Assembly: GCA_036277115.1 (NCBI GenBank)
Contig: DASUNM010000015.1
Coordinates: 108,451-172,450 of the forward strand
Direction of reading: 5' to 3'
Source of the DNA: Pyrinomonadaceae bacterium
GTDB taxonomy: Bacteria; Acidobacteriota; Blastocatellia; Pyrinomonadales; Pyrinomonadaceae
DNA length: 64,000 nucleotides
This document shows, piece by piece, positions 18,204 to 26,519 of the stretch (position 1 is its first letter; each line of letters begins with the position of its first letter). The position numbers were made by a program, and so were the translations under genes. Below the pieces are notes generated by a model. The model did not search any database, was not told the origin of the DNA, and saw only the letters and a program-made list of their open reading frames with translations.

Positions 18204-19067
18204 TCAATGGATCGAGACAAACGTGTATTCATCAACCGGTCCCGCCGAACCATCCTTTGCAAAGCTGCTCAGTGTAATTTGGTACTGACCGCGAGCTAAT
18301 AATTCTTTCCGCAGTCTCAGCTTTATGACGCGGCCACCGGATGTCTTGTGAAGCTGAAGGTTGGGAACCTTGTATGTCTCGCCGGTCGAAACCCTGCGGA
18401 ATACCGCGTGGTAAGTGTCATAGTCACGCGCATGGAGCCAAGAAAGCTGAAGCTCGACAATCTTGGAATTAGGGTCAGCGGCCACTTCGCCTGGCCCGCT
18501 CCCACTTCGCAGAGTTCCCGGCGAGAGGACGACGGCAGGCATCCCCGGCGGATTGTTACGAAGTTCCGACGGCGAATTGAGTTGCGCAAGCTGCTGTTCA
18601 ATAGAATTCAGTCGCCCGCGTTCCTGTGCTCTGCGGTTGTTGAAGTCGATCAGCCAGATCGCAACAATTCCAAGTACGATCGCCAAGGCCGTTGCCGGAA
18701 TCAAAAATGGACGCCTTCGGCGCCATAGCGACGAAACAAAACTGCCTAACCGCTGAACCTCTAACGCTGGTTTTTTATTAGCCACTGACTGTGTCGCAGC
18801 ACGTCGTTGTATTACCTCGGCAATCTCCAGTTTGCGGCGCAGTGCTGAGGTGTTCGCATACTGCGCTAGAAACCTCTCCGTATCCGTGGCCGAGAGGCTG
18901 CCTTCAAGGTAAGCCTCCATTAAATCCTCTTCCGCAAGGAGGACGGTTTGCTTGACCTCAGGGTAGACGATGATTAGTTCGTCGATTCTCTCCCGTTCTG
19001 AGTCATCAACGTTGCCCAGCAAATATTGCCTGGCAATCGTTTCATTCACTTGAGGTTCGCTCGTCAT
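18204..19067 (-). CDS. Putative anti-sigma factor, single TM helix with periplasmic C-terminal domain
   Basis: ORF 18204..19112, with an ATG at 19067. Sits immediately downstream of the ECF sigma gene. N-terminal ARQYLLGNVDDSERERIDELI-type helix. TM helix FLIPATALAIVLGIVAIWLI. Confidence 0.6.
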   Translation of the reverse strand: MTSEPQVNETIARQYLLGNVDDSERERIDELIIVYPEVKQTVLLAEEDLMEAYLEGSLSATDTERFLAQYANTSALRRKLEIAEVIQRRAATQSVANKKPALEVQRLGSFVSSLWRRRRPFLIPATALAIVLGIVAIWLIDFNNRRAQERGRLNSIEQQLAQLNSPSELRNNPPGMPAVVLSPGTLRSGSGPGEVAADPNSKIVELQLSWLHARDYDTYHAVFRRVSTGETYKVPNLQLHKTSGGRVIKLRLRKELLARGQYQITLSSFAKDGSAGPVDEYTFVSIH

Positions 19068-19118
19068 CGCTCTTTCAGCGGTCCGGTCTGTTGACAATGA
19101 ATTTCGACGCAATACGTT

Positions 19119-19739
19119 TCATTTTTGATTGCGGCGCCGATCGAGACAAAGTTCAATGCACGCTTCCAGGTTACGGCGCATGCGGGACATCCTGACCCGC
19201 AACGTCTCGACAGAGATTCCGAGCTGTCGGGCCATTTCCGCTCGGTGGACGATCTTGGCGTGTTTTTCTTTTGAGTAGTAACTCAGTATCAACTCCCGCT
19301 TTCGCTCGGGCAGTTTCTGCAAGCAATCGTTTAAACACTCTTCTCGAAACTCGATGCTCGTGTCCTCCGTGTCCGGTGGCTCGTCTGCGACGTCGATGCC
19401 GTCGAACGGGACGTTGAGTTTCAGTTTCTTCTGATACTCCTTTATCAGGTTGTTGGCGACAGCATAACAATAGACCTTTGGATTACCCTCGAACTCGCGT
19501 TCCAACTGTGGTAGTCGCCGACAGACTCGATCGAAGACTTCATCGGCCATACCCTCAGGGTCCGCACATTTGCGCCATGCGAAAATCCTCGCGAGCGAAT
19601 CTTGCAAATCGAGGTAGGTAAGACCCGCGGATTCAGGGTTCGGATCAAGCCAGGCAAGTAGATCATTGAAACGTTCAGGTGGTATATCCGACTTCCGTGG
19701 CATTGAGCGACTTTGTTGGCGGTAATCAAATGCCGGCAA
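19119..19739 (-). CDS. ECF-type sigma-70 family factor
   Basis: 206 aa. Region-2-like YCYAVANNLIKEY. Region-4 HTH LPERKRELILSYY..MARQLGISVETLRVRMSRMRRNL. Confidence 0.8.
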   Translation of the reverse strand: MPAFDYRQQSRSMPRKSDIPPERFNDLLAWLDPNPESAGLTYLDLQDSLARIFAWRKCADPEGMADEVFDRVCRRLPQLEREFEGNPKVYCYAVANNLIKEYQKKLKLNVPFDGIDVADEPPDTEDTSIEFREECLNDCLQKLPERKRELILSYYSKEKHAKIVHRAEMARQLGISVETLRVRMSRMRRNLEACIELCLDRRRNQK

Positions 19740-19748
19740 TGGCCATCA

Positions 19749-22700
19749 TCATCTGGGAGAAGCGCGTCGCCTCCTCTTGTGGATCAAATGCAATCCAAAC
19801 AAAAACAGCGGTAACGTTAGTACCAGAACAAAGGCGGCGTTCAAGTTGTGGAAGGTGGAGGGGTCCACAACATTGTCGGCGTATTCGCCTTGTAACACAA
19901 AGCCGGCCCAAAAATACGGAGCCTCCCACCCTTTCTGTCGCCTGACATGTTCTTTCGCTGACTTCAGCGCGGCAACCGGTTTCATGCCGTCCTGCAGCAT
20001 CGATTTGTAGAAGCGCGACATCAGTGCCGCGGTGGCTCGATCGTCGACTTTCCACAAACTAGCTACCACCGTTTTGGAACCTGCCGACATGAAGCCATAC
20101 GTCAGGCCCACTAAGCCTTCGCCTGTAATGTCCTTACCTAAAGCAGTGTCGCAAGCACTCAGGACGACGAGATCAGCCGAGCCGTTCAGGCTGTAAATGT
20201 CGCGCAGCGGCATGAATCCTTGCGCCTTGCTCCCATCTTTGTTGACCATCGAGAGAACAATCCCCGAAAGCTCGGGATGCTCATTGTTTATGAAGCTGTG
20301 CGTCGCAAAATGCACGATTTTGTAGTCAGCCGCCAACACGTTGATCGCAGTCTCGCGGCGGGCATCGAATCCCTGAATGGCGATCCCTTTTCCCCGGGGC
20401 GTCACCGCCAGGATTTCGTCAGCTTCTTTCGCAGAATGCAGCAAACGCATGAACCCACGGTAGCTGCCCGACCGAGTAGCAACAGCCACCGGGAGCAAAG
20501 GTGAGTTCACGGCGGAAGTAAGATCTATTGACCCAGAATTCGGGTTCTTCACGCGGTCGTCATCGCGGTTAAAAACAGGATCTGCCAGCACCGCAACTAC
20601 TTTGTCAGACGCCGCTACGCGAGGGTGCTGGCGACGGATTGCGGCCAGCGTTGAAATAGATGGAAGCATAACTATTTCGTGTGCCGCCAGCAGCGGCGGA
20701 GGATCTCCTGAACCGCCAAAAGCCTGACTTGATGCTGCTCGCGTTACACGAGGATCTGGTAGCGCGTCGAACGGGATGTATTGCAAGACTCCCTCGGTTA
20801 CCACGATGATCCGTTTGGCGCCAAGTTGTTCCGCAGCTGGTCCCAGCAACATCCGACTCAACTCGAGTCCCTCTTCCTGGTAGATCCGGTCGGAGGTAAA
20901 CACGGTAGACGAATCCGTTGCCGCGCTGTTAGCGCCAATCACCTGTCGCTCGGTGACCAGCTTGTAGACTTCAAAGGCCTTCGTTTCCAAAACAGCGCGA
21001 CGCGGTAACTCGTAGCTATGGAACGTTTTCTTAGTGACGGCCCAGAGATAACTGCGCTCATCGCCCAGCGAGAATTCGAGCAGTATCGAATCATCGTCAA
21101 GCAATTCTGTTTGAATTTGCGCGACCGTAAGCGGCTGTTGTTGGCTCAACGCGCCAAACCCAGGGGTTGGTTTCCTGATCTGCGCCTCAATATCCAGGTA
21201 TTCAGATCGGAGCTCTTTTAGCTGCCGGCTGACTCCCTCGGATTCCCCGGCATCATGCTTCTTCATTGAAAGCTCCAACGCATACTGCCCCTGCGCCCTG
21301 ATCAGCCCCAGCAATTCGCGCCTCCGTTCAAGTAGAGCGGGAGAGGCGTCGGAGGGAATATCGGCCTCGCTGTCGGCCATCCGATCTCTAAGAGAACGAG
21401 CGCGAGCACTATCGCTGACCGAAAATGCTCTGGCGGCAAAGTCGCAATTCGGATGAATTCGATCAAGCTGCATTAGGAGATCACTATGCAGGTCATACTG
21501 TTCTTGGACACCCGCAAAATACGACGTGCGAAACTCGGGACTCTTCACGTTAGACCGCAGATTCTCAATCGTGCTGATCGATCTCTCAATGGAGGAAAGC
21601 GCTTCGTAAAAGTTTCCCAACGCACGGTTCGCCCGGGCCAGGTTATACAGAGTAGATACCGAGATGGCCGGATCGCCGAGTCCCTCGCTGAGTGGAAGCG
21701 CCTGCTCAAAGGCGCGTAAAGCACGCCGCGGTTGTTTGAAGCGTAGCAAGACATCTCCGAGGTTGTTCAGCGTCGTCGCTTGTCCTCGTCGATCAGAAAT
21801 GCCAGCGAAGGATTTTAGAAGCCTTTGATATAGGGCGGTGGTCTCTCTCTGGTTGCCCTGCGTCGCGTAAATCGTAGCCATATCATTGAGTGCATTTGCT
21901 TCGGTACGCCACTTCTTTGCCGCCCGGCTCAACTTCAAGCATTCGCGATAGTGCACCAGTGCTTGATCGAAATCTTTAATCACGCGATAGGTCCGCGCCA
22001 CCTTGAACATGCTTGACGCGGCAATATCAACAAAGCCTGTGTTCTGAAGAATCGCCAAAGCCCTCTTATAACTTTCGAGCGCCATCGAGTAGTCTTTCAA
22101 AAACTCATAAGCCTGGCCCATTGCGTTCAGCGTGATAGCTTCACTTTGCCGGTCTCCAATCGCCCGGAAGATATCGCCCGCCTGACGATGCATCCCCATC
22201 GCCTGATCCGCTCTCTGTTTTTGCGAATGGTACAATCCAAGAGCAGTAAGACATAGACCTTCACCAGATTTGTCTGCAACCGCCTGGAATAGATTTAATG
22301 CTTCTGAAATTTCCGCGAAAGCTTTTTCCGAATCGCCTATGCTCGCAATATAACCTTTGAAGAGATGAGATCTGGCCTGGCCTCGACGATCGCTAACGTC
22401 GGTAGAGAGATTTAAGGCATGGTTAAAGTCTTCCAGCGATTTGACGAGGTCACCCTTCGCATAATTAATTTCACCCCGGCTAATCAGTGCCTCAGCACGG
22501 ACATGACGGACGGTGGCAAACTGGGTGGAGGCATTAGACTGCGGGATGATATTTAGCGCCTTAGCCAAACACTCCTCAGCACGATCGCTATTCCCCAAAG
22601 CTGAATGCAGTCTTGCAATTTGCGTGAGTGCCCGAGCTTCTTCGATCGGCGTCTGCGTCTTCTTCGCATGCGTCGCTGCCTTTTCGAAGCGTTTCAGCGC

Positions 22701-23336
22701 CTCGTGATAATCGCCCAGGACGAAACACGTTTCACCTGCTCGCATCGAAGCGAACGCCGCTTGCCGCAACTGTTTTGAAGAAACGAGGAGGGCCGTCGCC
22801 GTGTCGTAACTTGCGAGCGCCTGGCGTAGCGAGTTCTCAGTCCACTCCAGCCTAAGAAAATCCCCTGTCGCAACGATCTGTTGGGCTGTGTTGAGTTTTC
22901 TGTCTTCAATCGTGGCTGGCCTGAGGGACTCAACTTTCAGTTGATATCGACGGCTGGCGCGATGCTCTCGCGAAATCACTTCGAGCCGGTAGGCTCCAGC
23001 TGCCGACGTTGGCAGCGCAATCTCCAAAACTTCGTAGCCGGTGCTGATCCTGTCCGCCACTCGCTGATTTAGTGGGTCGTAAACCGCCAACTCGAGCACA
23101 GCATCTTCCTTCTCAACGGACACGCGAAACAGTTGATCGGAAACGAGGGATATCTGGAAGAGGTCTTTCGAGCCGACACTAATCTCGCGAGTCACGGACT
23201 GACCGGTTGTCAGCGAGAGCAATCTCGCATCTGTCCTGGCGATCTCCGCGCGATTCCCGGTAGTCGTTAGCAGACAAAAAAATAACAACCCAGCCAGGTG
23301 TGAGACCACAAAAACAGCTTTACTGCGTGACGACAT
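19749..23336 (-). CDS. Exported TPR-repeat CHAT (caspase-like) protein with a C-terminal TM anchor
   Basis: ORF 19749..23441. The ATG at 23336 yields a signal-like VVSHLAGLLFFCLLTTTG. Many TPR units follow. The CHAT His/Cys dyad sits in the contexts HFATHSF and LVVLSACDT. C-terminal helix AAFVLVLTLPLFLFGLHLI followed by KRRRR. Confidence 0.85.
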   Translation of the reverse strand: MSSRSKAVFVVSHLAGLLFFCLLTTTGNRAEIARTDARLLSLTTGQSVTREISVGSKDLFQISLVSDQLFRVSVEKEDAVLELAVYDPLNQRVADRISTGYEVLEIALPTSAAGAYRLEVISREHRASRRYQLKVESLRPATIEDRKLNTAQQIVATGDFLRLEWTENSLRQALASYDTATALLVSSKQLRQAAFASMRAGETCFVLGDYHEALKRFEKAATHAKKTQTPIEEARALTQIARLHSALGNSDRAEECLAKALNIIPQSNASTQFATVRHVRAEALISRGEINYAKGDLVKSLEDFNHALNLSTDVSDRRGQARSHLFKGYIASIGDSEKAFAEISEALNLFQAVADKSGEGLCLTALGLYHSQKQRADQAMGMHRQAGDIFRAIGDRQSEAITLNAMGQAYEFLKDYSMALESYKRALAILQNTGFVDIAASSMFKVARTYRVIKDFDQALVHYRECLKLSRAAKKWRTEANALNDMATIYATQGNQRETTALYQRLLKSFAGISDRRGQATTLNNLGDVLLRFKQPRRALRAFEQALPLSEGLGDPAISVSTLYNLARANRALGNFYEALSSIERSISTIENLRSNVKSPEFRTSYFAGVQEQYDLHSDLLMQLDRIHPNCDFAARAFSVSDSARARSLRDRMADSEADIPSDASPALLERRRELLGLIRAQGQYALELSMKKHDAGESEGVSRQLKELRSEYLDIEAQIRKPTPGFGALSQQQPLTVAQIQTELLDDDSILLEFSLGDERSYLWAVTKKTFHSYELPRRAVLETKAFEVYKLVTERQVIGANSAATDSSTVFTSDRIYQEEGLELSRMLLGPAAEQLGAKRIIVVTEGVLQYIPFDALPDPRVTRAASSQAFGGSGDPPPLLAAHEIVMLPSISTLAAIRRQHPRVAASDKVVAVLADPVFNRDDDRVKNPNSGSIDLTSAVNSPLLPVAVATRSGSYRGFMRLLHSAKEADEILAVTPRGKGIAIQGFDARRETAINVLAADYKIVHFATHSFINNEHPELSGIVLSMVNKDGSKAQGFMPLRDIYSLNGSADLVVLSACDTALGKDITGEGLVGLTYGFMSAGSKTVVASLWKVDDRATAALMSRFYKSMLQDGMKPVAALKSAKEHVRRQKGWEAPYFWAGFVLQGEYADNVVDPSTFHNLNAAFVLVLTLPLFLFGLHLIHKRRRRASPR

Positions 23337-23554
23337 ACAGTGAACCGGTGTCGTTGGTTGAATGGCTAGTGCGCAGCTCGCGTCACCGGGAGGCGAGTTG
23401 GAGCAACAGAGAAGTACCTCAAGTGGTTGTCCTTTTAACATGGATAAGCGGCAGATTCAATGAATTTGGCCGCCACTGAACAATATCGTTACCAGCAACA
23501 GGGTAGTCCTCTTTTGAGGACTACCCTGTTGCTATTTGCGGAAAGGCAGACGTC

Positions 23555-23749
23555 TCAGCGGCCGTCGCGAAAGCCATTACGGTTCAGCTTCCGTCCGGTC
23601 CGTTTGTCGCCTCCAGCGCGCCAATCTTCAATAATTCCGGCGCGTGTTCCCAGCGCTTTCGTCGCGAAGGTCTTACCATTCGTCGAACCTTGCTGTGTCG
23701 AGCCCGAGTTGCCGAACTGTCTTCGTGTTGCAATGTGTCGAACTAACAT
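23555..23749 (-). CDS. Small basic Gly-rich hypothetical protein (64 aa)
   Basis: ORF 23555..23788. The internal ATG at 23749 has AAGGAG 8 nt upstream. No motif recognised. Confidence 0.4.
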   Translation of the reverse strand: MLVRHIATRRQFGNSGSTQQGSTNGKTFATKALGTRAGIIEDWRAGGDKRTGRKLNRNGFRDGR

Positions 23750-23762
23750 TTTCGTGTCTCCT

Positions 23763-23793
23763 TTAAAAAGTGTGAGTGGCGCAGTCACTCACA
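23763..23793 (-). terminator. Candidate intrinsic terminator or attenuator
   Basis: 8-bp stem TGTGAGTG/CACTCACA (23771-78 and 23786-93) with a 7-nt loop, followed on the minus strand by CTTTTT. Lies downstream of the CHAT-only gene. Confidence 0.35.
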
Positions 23794-23875
23794 TAGCCCC
23801 TCAGCCGGGTGTAATCTCGTTCACACGAACTTACACCTGCGTCCCGGCATCGTCCCAGTTTCAAACATAAGCGGA

Positions 23876-24922
23876 TCATTCTTTCGCTAAGTTATTCACG
23901 ACTAAGTCGAAGCTCTCTGTCCTCACGACTCGTAACAAGTGGACGGTAGCTGTTGCGGAAGCCGGCAATAAGCTCACTGACGAGCGCTCTTTCCCTCTGC
24001 GCCGGGCTGCGTCGCGCCTGGCTTCGCCGAGTCTTCGTTTCGTCTTCGAAGCCGGCAGTGGCCGTTCTTGCAGCGACGCTTTTGAAGATCGTCGACTTAC
24101 GATCACTTCGGTTCGCACCGAGTTCACCACTTCAATCCGTCGCTCGCCGGAATGTGAGCCGTCGCTGGCGCGCGTCTGGCGCAATGCACCGACAAGACTG
24201 GTTGATGGCAAGAAGATCGGATCATCGCGGAGCAACTCTCCGCGACGGCCGGTAATGCAACGGTCCTCTGACGATGTCCGGCTGGTAGTTTGGCGTTCAG
24301 AATGCCTGCGCTTCCCGCGGGCTCTTGTCTTCGGAAATGAATCGCCGCTGCGCAGATCCGGGCGCTTAAACAACTCGAGTCCACTCGATCTTGGGATCTT
24401 GAGAACAGCAAGTTCCGCTTTTGCCGACTGGAATGCTTCCGAAACCGATTTGCCAAAACCCAGAGAGCGGTAGAATGCGCCGGCAAAAGCTACGCCGCCT
24501 TTATCTCCGATCATCTTTCCGGTACCGACAGAATAATCGATCACCTGACAAAGAGACTGTGCCTGGGTTCTGGTAAAGCAAGCGTTCAGAAAGACGAGCT
24601 TTACGTGGCTTCGGTAGAGTGCGAACAATTCGACCAGACCAGCGGGATCGACTTCCTTGCCTCGACCACGACTACCACCAAGAATTATTTTGTGTCGCTT
24701 GCTCCCATGTGCACTGAAGTGAACAATATGTGGTCGGTGCATCAGCAGCAGACGCTGAAGATCGATTACTCTTGTAGCCGCGTGTTTTAGCAACTCGAAC
24801 TTATCTCGATATGATCCCTGCTGAAGTTTTTCAGAGATCTCCCGCGCTTCCTCATCCACCAGTATTCGACTGGTTGTCCATGGATTTGCTGATAAGAAAA
24901 GTATCCGAGTTTTTTGCGCCAT
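23876..24922 (-). CDS. Stand-alone minimal CHAT/caspase-like domain with an Arg/Ser-rich tail
   Basis: 348 aa. ILFLSANP.., HIVHFSAHG and LVFLNACFT give the His/Cys dyad context. The last roughly 150 aa are low-complexity and R/S-rich. Confidence 0.7.
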   Translation of the reverse strand: MAQKTRILFLSANPWTTSRILVDEEAREISEKLQQGSYRDKFELLKHAATRVIDLQRLLLMHRPHIVHFSAHGSKRHKIILGGSRGRGKEVDPAGLVELFALYRSHVKLVFLNACFTRTQAQSLCQVIDYSVGTGKMIGDKGGVAFAGAFYRSLGFGKSVSEAFQSAKAELAVLKIPRSSGLELFKRPDLRSGDSFPKTRARGKRRHSERQTTSRTSSEDRCITGRRGELLRDDPIFLPSTSLVGALRQTRASDGSHSGERRIEVVNSVRTEVIVSRRSSKASLQERPLPASKTKRRLGEARRDAARRRGKERSSVSLLPASATATVHLLRVVRTESFDLVVNNLAKE

Positions 24923-25246
24923 CCTGCTGTCCTCACTTTGATCTCTGGTTCAGTCCACTGCTCGTCATGCCGCTTCGAGCATGATTCGCTTGCGTTTCGT
25001 GTTTTGATCGCGTCGCCTCAATCGGCCAGTTTTTTACTCCTCATTTAGCATGGCGTAGGAATCGCTGAGATTCCTTCACCGATTGCCAATTTATTTTCCG
25101 CCGCACTGTCCGACTCTCATCTGACGGCCTTACGCTACAGAACTCATTAAGCTAGAATGAGCGGCTCGTGGCCCTACGTTCCACCTTTAGCAGCAACGTT
25201 CAAATAAGTCCTTTGGATCCGATTAGGGTTTTATGAGGAAGGCTTG

Positions 25247-26371
25247 ATGTTAGCTAAACAAAACCAAGTCAGTCGTTTGTACGAATTCGGCCCGTTTGTC
25301 CTAAACCCCGATGAGTACCTGCTTGTCACCAATGGCACTCCCATTTCCCTGCCGCCCAGAGCCTTCGACCTGCTTTTAGTACTCGTCGAGAATCAGGGAT
25401 CTTTGGTGACGAAGGACAATCTGCTCAAAGTCGTCTGGCAAGATGTGTCCGTCGAGGAAGGAAACATTCCTTACAACGTATCGCTCGTGAGGAAAGCTCT
25501 TGGTGACAACGCCGCTGCGCCTCGCTACGTGGCAACTGTTTCGAAGCTGGGCTACCGATTTATCTCGCCGGTTAAAGAAGTAACCGAATCCCCAACCGAC
25601 TCGGCAGCGACGAAAATTGAGATTGAGAATAACGTCAGTTATTCACAACCATCGACGCTCGATCCGACCAGCCGGCTGCTTTCGTCGCCCTTAAGAAATC
25701 ATGTTTGGCACTTATTGGCAGCGTGTGTTTTGTATGCACTCTATTACTCGGTCGCTTTCATGCTGGAGGTCGCATATGAGTATGAGACCTACGGAATACG
25801 GGCCTTGAGGATCACGCCGCTAATCTTTTTGTGGGTGATGGGAACATCTTTGATAGGTTTGGTTGGAGGATTAAGACGGACGTCAAGAGGCTCAGCATCG
25901 GGGAGTCTATTTTCTTTGTCGGTCTTCATCGGCGCGGGCTTGACGCTCTACCTGGTTTCGGGACTGTTCCTGCCAAACCATGCGATAACCAAAGCATTAT
26001 TTCAGACCTATCCGGCACAAGGAGCGTTTTTAAAGAGTGTCTATTATGTGCTGCCCCTGGTTGTGCTGTTTGTGGTGCTGCCATTTCATCTCATCGTGGC
26101 GAAGGAGTCTGAGTTGCTGAATGGAACGTGGCGGGCCGGGTTGGAAGGGCATCGTTACGCCAGTCCTGGCGGCGTTTATCTCAAAACCTGGTGGCTGGCG
26201 GGAATCTTACTTGGCACATTCTGCGTCGCCCTGTTAGGTACAGCTCATTTATTTGAAAACCTGCGTTCCAACCCTAACAGCGGTCTGTTCATTCAATTAG
26301 CGCAATGGCGATTCCTTCTTTATTTTCTCCTCGGATTGGAGTGCATCCTCTGGTACCAAAAAGCGCAGTGA
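25247..26371 (+). CDS. ToxR/CadC-like membrane-bound transcriptional regulator (OmpR/PhoB-type winged helix plus multi-TM domain)
   Basis: YEFGPFVLNPDEYLL..ISLPPRAFDLLLVLVEN..LVTKDNLLKVVW..VSKLGYRF, followed by about six hydrophobic helices. Confidence 0.8.
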   Translation: MLAKQNQVSRLYEFGPFVLNPDEYLLVTNGTPISLPPRAFDLLLVLVENQGSLVTKDNLLKVVWQDVSVEEGNIPYNVSLVRKALGDNAAAPRYVATVSKLGYRFISPVKEVTESPTDSAATKIEIENNVSYSQPSTLDPTSRLLSSPLRNHVWHLLAACVLYALYYSVAFMLEVAYEYETYGIRALRITPLIFLWVMGTSLIGLVGGLRRTSRGSASGSLFSLSVFIGAGLTLYLVSGLFLPNHAITKALFQTYPAQGAFLKSVYYVLPLVVLFVVLPFHLIVAKESELLNGTWRAGLEGHRYASPGGVYLKTWWLAGILLGTFCVALLGTAHLFENLRSNPNSGLFIQLAQWRFLLYFLLGLECILWYQKAQ

Positions 26372-26519
26372 CAGACTGGCCCCCACCTTCAGAGAGGGCC
26401 GGAGACGTTAGTTGGGTCGAACTAGATTTGGCGAGTTTCTGACGCGATAGAATTGCTGGTCTAATTTTATTTCGTGCCGTCTAAGAACGATATTTAGCGA
26501 CTTAAGTGGCTGTTTCCCA

